From contig CAXRHT010000002.1 in NCBI GenBank assembly GCA_964230645.1, forward strand, positions 384,001-448,000: DNA of 64,000 nucleotides. Direction: 5' to 3'. Under the pieces are notes generated by a model. The model saw only the letters and a list, made by a program, of their open reading frames with translations. It was not told the DNA's origin and ran no database searches. Shown here piece after piece: positions 1 through 9,126 of the stretch (position 1 is the stretch's first letter; every line of letters starts with the position of its first letter). The DNA comes from Bdellovibrionales bacterium (lineage in GTDB: Bacteria; Bdellovibrionota; Bdellovibrionia; Bdellovibrionales; JAGQZY01). A program made the position numbers and the translations under genes.

Positions 1-1876
1 AGACACGCTCGATTTTACCATAAGGAGTGTCTTTTAATTTCTCAGAGGTTGGATCCACATTTTCAAAAGCCTGAATCGCATTCTGAGGGGCCTGATAAAC
101 CTCGCTTCCGAAATAAAGAAGTTGTGCGATTTTAGCTTTCTTAGCCATATACTCGGCTGTACGGAAATCCGGTCCGATCTTGTTGTGAAGTTTCACAATG
201 CTCAGAAGGTAAGCTTTAGTCAGAGCTTGACCGCTGCTACATTTTTTAATCACTTCCTGGGCCACATTCATATTGCTAAGATCTTTGACTTTTAAATTCT
301 CAGCGTTGTGTCCCATGATATCGGCCGTACAAGCCTGATCCACATTTGTGGAAAGCACACCGTTGGTGTAAGCACGGGCTAGTTGCACGAGTTCCTGAGC
401 TTGATTGAGCCATGCCAGTCTTTCATGACAATAGACATGATTTTGCCTGGCCGACTCATAATCACTGCGATTGTAGGCGACATGAGCATTGCGGCGACAA
501 AAGCGATTACGAACATCCGCTTTACGACGAGTGATCCACGCCAAATAAAGATCCGACATTTCGTTAAGGGTCGCTCCAGCTTCCGCACGAGCGGCTTTAA
601 ATTCAACAATCAAAAGTCTGTCATCAATATCAGAAACCTTAGATTCTAATTTTTTAAGATCTCCAACAACCTGTTTTACCTCGGTGGAAAGATTTTTTAC
701 CACTTCTTCAAGATTATCGACTTTTGCCATTAGGGCTTCCAAGTCTTTTTTCTGCTGAGCATCGGCTTCGGCCAGCTCACGAACTTGATCATCTCGGTTT
801 CGAAGAGTGACGATAAAAGCGTTACACTGTGATTTAGCCAGTTGAGCCGAATCGGTGTCGTCTGGGAACATCATATCACAGTCCAGATTATCGGCTGTCA
901 TACAACAACTTCCATCCAGCACTTCATCTTCAGTGGAAGCATCACTACAGGCCGTTTGCCCGGTTGCGACCTCGCCACTGGTGTCGAGTTTACACATGCG
1001 GCCCTGCACATCAGCAAGCTTGCTTTGATCTTTAATATAAGACTCAAAAGCTTTTTGCTGTTCGGCTAGCTTTGCTTTCATGTCATTCTGAGCTTCTTTC
1101 ACTTCAAGAATCTGGGCTTGCAAATCACCCTTCACACCTTCAAGCGCTTCCCAAAGGGCTTTGAGAGCTGCCTCACTGCTATCTTCGATATTCGTGATAT
1201 TGTTCTCAATAATAGTAATATTGTTGTTTATTTCTGTGATGCGGATTTCAAGATTTTCGGTGACCTTTTCAAGATTCACAAGTCTACCATCGACTTCCAC
1301 AAACTTGTTATTAACCTGAGTTTGAAAAGACTCAAACTTTTCCTTGAGGCTATTAATCTCAGCGCGTATCTCAGCTTCTGTAGCTTGCATCTCATCACGC
1401 AGCCTTGTTTCTAAATCTTCAAGGGAAGCATTGAACTTCACTTCTAATTCAGCAATCAAATTAGAAAGTCTTTCATCTTCAGCTTTAAGCTCTGCAATCG
1501 CTTGATTAAAATCAAACTCAAGAAGCATATCTCGACCCATCAGGTGAGAATTCAAAAGATAGTCCCTGGCATCAAGAACTTGTGCTGAGCCAATCGACAT
1601 TCCTTGCCCATCAACAGCAATCAATTGTTCAATCATATCAATGTAAAGTCTGATTTCATTGGCCTGGGCTATGGCCTCCGGTGAACCCTGTTCACGCAGC
1701 CTCGCCTCTGTTTCAGCGGCGTCATCGATTAATCCTAATAAGTGATCGGCGGCAAAGGAACTTGCACCTGATGTATCACTGTTCGCAAACTGGGCTTCTT
1801 TACTACAGTTGTTAAAGGCAAATGCCAATATAATACCAGTAAATAGAAACCTCAGAACCATCTTGTTCTTCAGCAT
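1..1876 (-). CDS. Large coiled-coil lipoprotein, truncated at the window edge (absent from the ORF track)
   Basis: Read manually: ATG at 1876 after GGGGGA. MLKNKMVLRFLFTGIILAFAFNNC lipoprotein-type signal, heptad-rich segments (LEDLETRLRDEMQATEAEIRAEINSLKEKFE...), a Cys-rich insert (MCKLD...ACSD...CCMTADNLDCD). No stop codon found before base 1. Confidence 0.85.
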   Translation of the reverse strand, partial: MLKNKMVLRFLFTGIILAFAFNNCSKEAQFANSDTSGASSFAADHLLGLIDDAAETEARLREQGSPEAIAQANEIRLYIDMIEQLIAVDGQGMSIGSAQVLDARDYLLNSHLMGRDMLLEFDFNQAIAELKAEDERLSNLIAELEVKFNASLEDLETRLRDEMQATEAEIRAEINSLKEKFESFQTQVNNKFVEVDGRLVNLEKVTENLEIRITEINNNITIIENNITNIEDSSEAALKALWEALEGVKGDLQAQILEVKEAQNDMKAKLAEQQKAFESYIKDQSKLADVQGRMCKLDTSGEVATGQTACSDASTEDEVLDGSCCMTADNLDCDMMFPDDTDSAQLAKSQCNAFIVTLRNRDDQVRELAEADAQQKKDLEALMAKVDNLEEVVKNLSTEVKQVVGDLKKLESKVSDIDDRLLIVEFKAARAEAGATLNEMSDLYLAWITRRKADVRNRFCRRNAHVAYNRSDYESARQNHVYCHERLAWLNQAQELVQLARAYTNGVLSTNVDQACTADIMGHNAENLKVKDLSNMNVAQEVIKKCSSGQALTKAYLLSIVKLHNKIGPDFRTAEYMAKKAKIAQLLYFGSEVYQAPQNAIQAFENVDPTSEKLKDTPYGKIERV

Positions 1877-2268
1877 AATATCCCCCTAGATCCCTTTCCT
1901 ACCCACCATTATTACAAAACATAAAAAAGAATGCTTGAGAATTTTATAAACTTTTTTAGTGGTGTCTGCTCACTAAACAACTGTACTCTTTTTTATCAAC
2001 TGAAGTTGAAAAGAAGAGGCTCTTAAAAAAAACGAGACATTTTTTTCTCAAGTTGAAACGTCTCATTTTGAGAATGGATCGCCTTGGGTTTTTGTTTCAA
2101 ATAAAGAGAAAATCTATAGCTGAAACAAGTGTGCTTTTTAGTCCACATGAGAGCGCCCGCTTCTAGGGTTTCATTTAAACATTGATCTCTTTTCAATCCG
2201 TGATCTTTCACTGGACCCGCACTGTGGATTTTGCTAACAATGTTGTGATTTGTTGGGAAGGGGCAAAA

Positions 2269-4044
2269 TTGAACTCTGAAAAACTTTATTATAAGGCACA
2301 GTTCTCATCGCTTCTGAAAAAAAATAGAGAGGACATCTACACCCTCGGCGCTCTTTGTTTCACCGGAGAGCATCGCAAGGCTCGGGACCTAGCGCAGAGT
2401 CTTGACAGCCATTCCCCTTTTGAAAAAGCTTTTATTCAATTTCACCTAGGAATTAGCTACACTCGAACCTCGCACTACCGTCAGGCTAAAAGACAGTTCA
2501 AAGAAAATTTATTATTGGCTAAAGCGCACCCAAAATCTTCTGAGATTCAGTTTTTAGCTTTTCAGGGACTTGGTTTTTTTAACTACTTCTTTTCCCGGCA
2601 TCGCCAGAGCTTAAAAGCCACCTATCATGCTCAAAAGTCTCTGCTGGCCGCCGAAAAAAAGACTCATCGGCCTCTTTTTCAAATTCTCTCCCTTGACCTG
2701 GAAGGGCACAACCTAATTCAGCTCTTTCGCATTCATCAAGGAATTAAAACACTCGAGCAAGCCCTCCAGGTGGCTCAAAGTCAAAACATCGAATCCTTTG
2801 CCAATTCCCTTAATTTTTCTATTCTTCTCTACGAGTCTCAGTTTATCCACTCTCCAAGTCATGCCACCAAAAAGCTTATGAAGGCCTTAAGCGAACTCCC
2901 CTCCCACGATGACTACTCCCGCTCGGAATTGGTTTTCCTAATCTCGAATTTGATGATGCTGCAGGGTCAATACAAAAAAGCTCAAGAATTTCTCTCCGAA
3001 CACTATAAAGTCATTTACGAAACCGAGAATAAGCGACAAATGGGGCAGCTCAACTTTCGAATGACTTACAATATGTTTAGGCAGGGAGCCTTCGAGCAGG
3101 CTCTCTTTCTCGCCAAGACCGCTCGTTCCAATTTGAACCCAAAAACGGACAAAGGTTTAATGTGCCGAATCCTTGGCCTTGAAATTAAAATCTTGAAGGC
3201 TATGGGAGAGCCCCATCAGGACACCATGGAAAGATTAGCAAGTCTTGATTCTGAAATCGATAGCCTTATTATCAAACGCTCGAATGCTCGCATGCTCTCT
3301 AGAGAATTTGTCATCAATAAAGGCGAGGACCCTATTGGTGATCATGTCGAACGTTTGTCCAATGAAAAAACTGCCACTCTTTATAGCGATTTTTTAAAAA
3401 AAGAAATGGCGGGTCTACTCGGAGACTTCTTTGAAATTCCCCCGGGTCAAGAAGCTATCGTGATCAACGCGCCCAAGAACACCTGCTTTGTTTGTTTAAA
3501 AGATTACGCCTTTGTGATTGAAAAGTCCCTTGGACCAACATTGACCAAATTGACTCGCGCTCTTGGAGAGAAAAAATGCAGCAAAGAAGAGCTCATCCAA
3601 AAAGTCTGGGGTTATAGCGAATACGATCCCCTTCGCCATGATTCCCTCATTTATTCCTCCATGGCTAGACTTCGTAACCTTTTTAAAATTAACGAATCCC
3701 AGCTATTTTTCGACGGAGAGTCCTATCAGCTTAATATCACCGTGATCGATGGAATTGCCAGTGAGAAAGGCACCGTCTTTACGCCCAAGCTTTCCCAAGA
3801 GACCAGGGTTCATAAAACCAAAGAAGAAATCACAAAGCTTCCCAGTGATCTCAATTATCGCCAAGTCAAAACCCTCAATGATGAACACTTTGACCAGATT
3901 TCTGTCAAAAACTACGCGGATCGCTTCGAAATTGTGACCATGACAGCCCTACGGGACCTTAAAAAACTATGTGAATACGGCTACTTGAAAAGAATGGGTA
4001 AGGGACGCGCCACGCGCTACCTGAAAACATTCCAACAAGAATGA
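2269..4044 (+). CDS. TPR-like protein with OmpR/PhoB-type winged helix and C-terminal DeoR-like HTH; putative transcriptional regulator
   Basis: Helical TPR-like N-terminus. SKEELIQKVWGY..YDPLRHDSLIYSSMARLR fits a wHTH; VKNYADRFEIVTMTALRDLKKLCEYGYLKRMGKGRATRY fits an HTH. Start moved to the TTG at 2269 after GGGAAGGGG. Confidence 0.75.
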   Translation: MNSEKLYYKAQFSSLLKKNREDIYTLGALCFTGEHRKARDLAQSLDSHSPFEKAFIQFHLGISYTRTSHYRQAKRQFKENLLLAKAHPKSSEIQFLAFQGLGFFNYFFSRHRQSLKATYHAQKSLLAAEKKTHRPLFQILSLDLEGHNLIQLFRIHQGIKTLEQALQVAQSQNIESFANSLNFSILLYESQFIHSPSHATKKLMKALSELPSHDDYSRSELVFLISNLMMLQGQYKKAQEFLSEHYKVIYETENKRQMGQLNFRMTYNMFRQGAFEQALFLAKTARSNLNPKTDKGLMCRILGLEIKILKAMGEPHQDTMERLASLDSEIDSLIIKRSNARMLSREFVINKGEDPIGDHVERLSNEKTATLYSDFLKKEMAGLLGDFFEIPPGQEAIVINAPKNTCFVCLKDYAFVIEKSLGPTLTKLTRALGEKKCSKEELIQKVWGYSEYDPLRHDSLIYSSMARLRNLFKINESQLFFDGESYQLNITVIDGIASEKGTVFTPKLSQETRVHKTKEEITKLPSDLNYRQVKTLNDEHFDQISVKNYADRFEIVTMTALRDLKKLCEYGYLKRMGKGRATRYLKTFQQE

Positions 4045-4094
4045 CAAATCTCTTCTTCTCTACTATAAAAGAGCCGACGTTTAGGGGGTCTTGT

Positions 4095-4667
4095 ATGAAA
4101 TCTTTAGGTATCCTGTTTATGACCATGCTTCTTGCTTTTAGCGCTCAGGCTGAAAAAAGCACTCACCAGGGTTTTTACGAAGTGCCCAGGCCTGATGGAA
4201 AAATCATCGACTTCCCTTCAAGCCTTCAATTTGAAGGAGACTCTTTGGCCGAGGCTGAAGAGATCGAAGTCCTTTTTCCCCCGCAACTTGTGGGCATGGA
4301 AAATCATTTCAAACTTAAAAAAGTAGATGACCAGTGGGTCGGCAACCCAGAGCTTTTTGAAAAAGTAGACTGTCATTTGGCGGGAGATGTGTACGATTTT
4401 TCTTGTCGTCTTGAATTTAAAAAAGAATCAGTTGTTGATGTCACAGGCGACGCCCAAGGCAATCCGGCCGTTTTGGATAACGACGATATTAAAGATCTTT
4501 TTTCTGGCACATCCGTTGATAAACTCTTTGTCGACCGTGTATTAGCTAAAGAACAACTTCTGGGCGCTGGTTTGCAAGCCACAGAAGTGAGCGCTCGCCT
4601 GGAGTCCACAGACATCTTTATCAATGAACCTATTGGTTTTTTAAAATATCGAGCCGTGAGTTACTAA
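4095..4667 (+). CDS. Secreted hypothetical protein
   Basis: MKSLGILFMTMLLAFSAQA signal peptide; AGGGGG SD before ATG 4095. Confidence 0.8.
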   Translation: MKSLGILFMTMLLAFSAQAEKSTHQGFYEVPRPDGKIIDFPSSLQFEGDSLAEAEEIEVLFPPQLVGMENHFKLKKVDDQWVGNPELFEKVDCHLAGDVYDFSCRLEFKKESVVDVTGDAQGNPAVLDNDDIKDLFSGTSVDKLFVDRVLAKEQLLGAGLQATEVSARLESTDIFINEPIGFLKYRAVSY

Positions 4668-4669
4668 CT

Positions 4670-4969
4670 ATGAAAACAATAATAATAACCTTACTTTTGC
4701 TCTTCTCCCTTCCCTCTTTGGCTGATAGCCTGGTGTGTGAAAATATTGACTCTTATTTTGAAGAAGACACTTTAGAGTTTGTTGGATACGGACAAGAGAC
4801 GACAGCCTATTATTTCGACAACGACTCCCATTATTCTATCCTCTGTGAGACCACAGGCTTGGATGGGTATTTGTGTGAAGACGGAAATTTTACTATTCAA
4901 ATGTCAGAGGGCGGCTATGCGACGGTCTCTAATGGTCTTGATCCTGAGGTAGAATTCCAATGCTACTGA
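4670..4969 (+). CDS. Small acidic secreted protein with 4 Cys
   Basis: MKTIIITLLLLFSLPSLA signal peptide; starts 2 nt after the upstream stop. Confidence 0.8.
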   Translation: MKTIIITLLLLFSLPSLADSLVCENIDSYFEEDTLEFVGYGQETTAYYFDNDSHYSILCETTGLDGYLCEDGNFTIQMSEGGYATVSNGLDPEVEFQCY

Positions 4970-5095
4970 GACTGTGACCTTTCGGTCACGATTTGGGCTC
5001 TAGCCTGTAATTATTACTTGAAGTTTTAGCCATTCTTCTCTAGTTTCCACTCTGTAAAAATAAAGATTTTTTGCTTTATAGCCTACGGAGTTTCT

Positions 5096-7981
5096 ATGAA
5101 AACCATTTTAAGCCTCATTTGTGCCGCTTTCTTAATCGCAAGCTGTACCAAAAATAACAAATCCTCTTCCGCGGATCCCCGTGAAATTAACGGGATGAAG
5201 TTTTCTTCCATGAAACTTAAAAATGATCTGGAAGTGATGGTCATTAGTGACCCTCGCTTTAAAAAATCAGCCGCGGCTTTGGCGGTGGGTGTGGGCTCTT
5301 TAGCTGATCCTAATGAAGCCCAGGGGTTGGCTCATTACCTTGAACATATGCTTTTTATGGGAACAAAAAAATACCCCGCACACGATGAGTACCGCGACTT
5401 TATCGAGAAAAATGGGGGATACTCCAATGCCTACACCGCTGATGAGATTACCAATTATCTTTTCGAAATCGACACGGGCGCTTACAAGGAGGCTCTCGAC
5501 CGTTTTGCTCAATTTTTTATCTCTCCGCTTCTTGATGAACGCTATCTTGAAAAAGAAAAAAATGCGGTCAACAGTGAGTTCGATCGCAATATCGAAAAAG
5601 ATCACTGGAGACTTTATAGAATGTCGACTGTGATTGCTAAAAAAGAGCATCCCTACAATACCTTTAATATCGGCAGTAACAAAACCCTTAAGGATGTAAA
5701 AAGAAAAGACGTGTTGGAGTTTTATAAAAAATATTACTCCGCTGACAATATGAAGCTTGTCCTTGTGAGTTCTAAACCGATCGATGAACTAAAAAAACTC
5801 GCTCGCACCAACTTTAACAGTGTTCCAAAATTTAAATATCAGAAAAACGAATATGACTTCCAGTACTTTAACAAAAACGAACAACCACAGATTACTTTTA
5901 TTCAGTCCATTCAAGACCGTTACATTCTACAGGTCTTTTTTAATACGCCTGATTATGTCGACTATTGGCAGTCAAAGCCCACTTTGATGCTCGCCTACCT
6001 TTTAGGGGACGAAAGTGAAGGCTCTCTTCTTTCCTATTTAAAAGAAAAAGGCTGGGCTCTAAAACTCTCGGCATCGCCTGAAGTCCATTGGCGCGATTTT
6101 GGTTTTAACCTGACTCTTACAAAAAAGGGCCGTGAAAATTATCAACAAGTGGTGCAAGCGATTTTTGCAGCTATTGAGCTGGTAAAAGAAAAGGGCTATC
6201 CAAAATATGTTTTTGAAGACAACCAAGAAATTGCCCGTCTTGAATTAGAAAACCTAGAGGCTTCAGGAGGAGCCGGTATGGCTTCTAGTTTTGCCGCCAA
6301 AATAATGGATTATCCTGTGGATGAGGTCATTGATCGCAGTTTTCTTATTGAAAAATACTCAAAAGAAGATTTCGAGACTTTCCTTAGTTATCTCAGAAAA
6401 GACAACGCCCATATTTTTGTGGCCTCCCAAAACGAAAAAACCGATCAAACCGAAAAACCGTTTGGTATTAAGTATCGCACTACCAATTTTAAAGCTCCAC
6501 TCGATGACAAAGCCCTTGCTCCCCTGAAAAAGCAGATGGCCCTTCCAAAGCAAAATCCCTTTATTGCTCGCTCCTTTGATTTAGTAAATTCTGATAAAAC
6601 TCAGAGCGAAGCCCAAACACTCACTGAAAATGGCTTCAAGCTTCACGTACAAACAGATACTGAACTTGGTATACCAAAAACTTATTTGGACACCTACTTT
6701 CAAAGTGCTATCGAGAATAACCCAAAAAACTATCTCCTCAGCTCTCTTTACGCCAAATGCAAAGAAGAAGAGCTCAGGGAATGGGCCTACCCGGCTCTGA
6801 CTGCAGGCTATAGTTATTCGATTAGCAGCGTATTCGGCGATAAAATGGCCGTTAGTGTTTCTGGTTTCAGTGAGAAAATTGACCTTCTTTTGACAACGAT
6901 CCTTGAGGACTCAGAGAAGAAAAGAGAAATCAGTCAGTGTCAAATTGATGAAAAAAGATTGGATCAAATTAAAGACAAGATGCTTTTAGATCTAAGTAAT
7001 TTCAAGAAAATGGAAGCCTTTAGAAGACTTATGCTTGAAAGCCAAATCGTATCTGTCGACAAAGAGATTCACTGGGAGCAGTACAAAAATATGGTAGCGA
7101 GTGTTAGCCTCAAAGATCTTAACCAGTTTGGAAAAGACTTTTTTAATAAGGTTTTCGTTGAAGTCGTGGCCTCAGGAAATATTACCTCAAAAGGTGTGAA
7201 GGCCTTGGCTCAAAACATCTCAACAAGTTTAGAGGCCGAATTACTCAGTCTCAAAAAAGCCGAAGCTCAAAATCGGCAATTTGTTTTGCCTCCAAAATCA
7301 AAAGAGGTCGCCTATAAACTTTCTGGCAACAACAATAACAATGCCATGATGACCTCCTACTATTTAAAAGACTGGAATATCAATGACCATGCCCACCTTA
7401 TGGTTTTAGGTAAGCTGATTTCACCAGCCTACTTCTCGGAACTAAGAAGCAACCAACAACTTGGCTATGTGGTCTTTTCTTTTCCAAACCTAGACTCCGG
7501 TTACATCGGTTTCAATGGCCTCATCCAGTCTCAAAATCATAAAGCCTCTTACCTTAAGGGGCAGTCGGATAAATTCGTTGAGAATTTCGTCTCTGATCTC
7601 AGTGGCAAACTCACCGATAAAGACCTTGAGCCCGTTATAGCCGCTCTTGTTAATGAGTTGGAGAAAAAGGCTACTGTGCTTGCACAGCGGCACTCAAAGT
7701 TTAAAAAATTGGCTCTGCAGTACAATGGACACTTCTCAATGGAAAAAGACCTTATTGCGGCAGTAAAAAATATGAAAGCCAGTGATTTAAAAGAATTTAT
7801 GAAATCCTCTTTTATGCAAGACAAGGTCGGACGCCTGACCTACTACTACCTTGGGCAAAACTCCCACAAGGAAAATAAAACCCTTGATGGTGAAGTGATC
7901 ACCAGCCCTAATGCTACAGCCGATTGGGTCAAGAAAGATCCCTACAAGTCGGTTGGAAACATGGACAATCCCTCCACATAA
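5096..7981 (+). CDS. M16A insulinase/pitrilysin-family Zn metallopeptidase, lipoprotein
   Basis: GLAHYLEHMLFMGT (HxxEH), NAYT, ELRSNQQLGY; LIASC lipobox. Confidence 0.95.
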   Translation: MKTILSLICAAFLIASCTKNNKSSSADPREINGMKFSSMKLKNDLEVMVISDPRFKKSAAALAVGVGSLADPNEAQGLAHYLEHMLFMGTKKYPAHDEYRDFIEKNGGYSNAYTADEITNYLFEIDTGAYKEALDRFAQFFISPLLDERYLEKEKNAVNSEFDRNIEKDHWRLYRMSTVIAKKEHPYNTFNIGSNKTLKDVKRKDVLEFYKKYYSADNMKLVLVSSKPIDELKKLARTNFNSVPKFKYQKNEYDFQYFNKNEQPQITFIQSIQDRYILQVFFNTPDYVDYWQSKPTLMLAYLLGDESEGSLLSYLKEKGWALKLSASPEVHWRDFGFNLTLTKKGRENYQQVVQAIFAAIELVKEKGYPKYVFEDNQEIARLELENLEASGGAGMASSFAAKIMDYPVDEVIDRSFLIEKYSKEDFETFLSYLRKDNAHIFVASQNEKTDQTEKPFGIKYRTTNFKAPLDDKALAPLKKQMALPKQNPFIARSFDLVNSDKTQSEAQTLTENGFKLHVQTDTELGIPKTYLDTYFQSAIENNPKNYLLSSLYAKCKEEELREWAYPALTAGYSYSISSVFGDKMAVSVSGFSEKIDLLLTTILEDSEKKREISQCQIDEKRLDQIKDKMLLDLSNFKKMEAFRRLMLESQIVSVDKEIHWEQYKNMVASVSLKDLNQFGKDFFNKVFVEVVASGNITSKGVKALAQNISTSLEAELLSLKKAEAQNRQFVLPPKSKEVAYKLSGNNNNNAMMTSYYLKDWNINDHAHLMVLGKLISPAYFSELRSNQQLGYVVFSFPNLDSGYIGFNGLIQSQNHKASYLKGQSDKFVENFVSDLSGKLTDKDLEPVIAALVNELEKKATVLAQRHSKFKKLALQYNGHFSMEKDLIAAVKNMKASDLKEFMKSSFMQDKVGRLTYYYLGQNSHKENKTLDGEVITSPNATADWVKKDPYKSVGNMDNPST

Positions 7982-7993
7982 AAAAATGGAAAG

Positions 7994-8030
7994 AGCCTCT
8001 CTAAAAAAAACGAGAGAGGCTTTATCTTTT
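7994..8030. terminator. Probable bidirectional intrinsic terminator
   Basis: AGCCTCTCT-loop-AGAGAGGCT stem between convergent genes, with A-rich left and T-rich right flanks. Confidence 0.7.
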
Positions 8031-8034
8031 GAAT

Positions 8035-9126
8035 TTAAGAAAAGACTAAAAACCGGTTCTCAACACCCGAATTAAAGATTGGGATATCTCTGACTTTTTC
8101 TAAGGGAATACTTTGAGTTTTCCAACGAGCCGGCATCAAAAATCCGATGCGGTCTGGTTTAAATTTCTGGTATATAGCTTCAATCACATCGGCCTTGTTG
8201 TTTTGATGGAGTCTCTTTCCCCAGGGAGGATTGACGACCACCACTCGCTTAAGCTTTTCTCTTGGAACTTCTTGTGAATTAAAAAGATCTTGTTTTTCAA
8301 GCTGAACATTAGAAAACCTTTCTAAATTCCCTTGAGCTAGTTTTAGGGCTTTTTCGTGAAAATCAAAACCCATCACTTTTTCTATAGAAAACTGTGAATC
8401 AGGTATAAGCAACTTTTCTTGTTCCTCAAAAGATTTGAAAATTGGAAAGCTTTCGACCCTAAATGATCTCGTCTGAGGAATTTCGAGATTAAGGGCTTCG
8501 GTGAGAAAAGTGCCAGCTCCACACATGGGATCAATAAGTTCAATGGGTTCATTCAAGCCTTGAAAAAGTATTTGAAGTAGCCCTGAAGCCAAGCTCGGCC
8601 TTAATGAGGCCACCGACCCCTTCTCTTGACGCTCAAAACCCGCCTCTCCTGTGGTGTCGATACTGATTGTACACTGATCGCGAATAATACGAATAAACAG
8701 CGCTGGACTTTGCTTTTCAATTTTAATTTTATGGGGTTTGAGCACTCTTTGCAGAACTCGTGTGGCTTGTTTTGAATGAGAAAGTTTAGAGGATTTGGAC
8801 TGAAATTTAAAATCCAAACTTGAGTTTTTGGAGAAATAGGAAGCCCAGTCGATTTCCTTGAGACCTTTTTCAAATTCTTTTTCGTTAGGAGCGGAAAACA
8901 GTTTTTCTCGCAATAAAATTCTTGTGGCCGTTTTCATATTTTTATTGAGGTAATTGGCCATCTCTAGAGGGGCTTTGAATTCAACCCCGCCCTTTAGAAG
9001 GTTCACATCGGGATAGTCAGCAAGATTAAAAAAATCTGCAGCCTGGGCCCACTTTTTACAAAGTTCCAAGTGGGCCGCAGACTCCAGGCCAGGGTTAGTT
9101 GTCAGAAAGAAGAGCCTTTCAATCAT
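8035..9126 (-). CDS. THUMP-domain RNA methyltransferase (RlmL/RlmKL-like)
   Basis: TNPGLE start, ISIDTTG, ASLRPSLA, DPMCGAGT SAM-binding motif, NPPWG. Confidence 0.9.
   Translation of the reverse strand: MIERLFFLTTNPGLESAAHLELCKKWAQAADFFNLADYPDVNLLKGGVEFKAPLEMANYLNKNMKTATRILLREKLFSAPNEKEFEKGLKEIDWASYFSKNSSLDFKFQSKSSKLSHSKQATRVLQRVLKPHKIKIEKQSPALFIRIIRDQCTISIDTTGEAGFERQEKGSVASLRPSLASGLLQILFQGLNEPIELIDPMCGAGTFLTEALNLEIPQTRSFRVESFPIFKSFEEQEKLLIPDSQFSIEKVMGFDFHEKALKLAQGNLERFSNVQLEKQDLFNSQEVPREKLKRVVVVNPPWGKRLHQNNKADVIEAIYQKFKPDRIGFLMPARWKTQSIPLEKVRDIPIFNSGVENRFLVFS

Noticed and set aside
379..1414. Short ORFs in the track
   Set aside because: They are shadows of the long minus-strand lipoprotein frame 1-1876.
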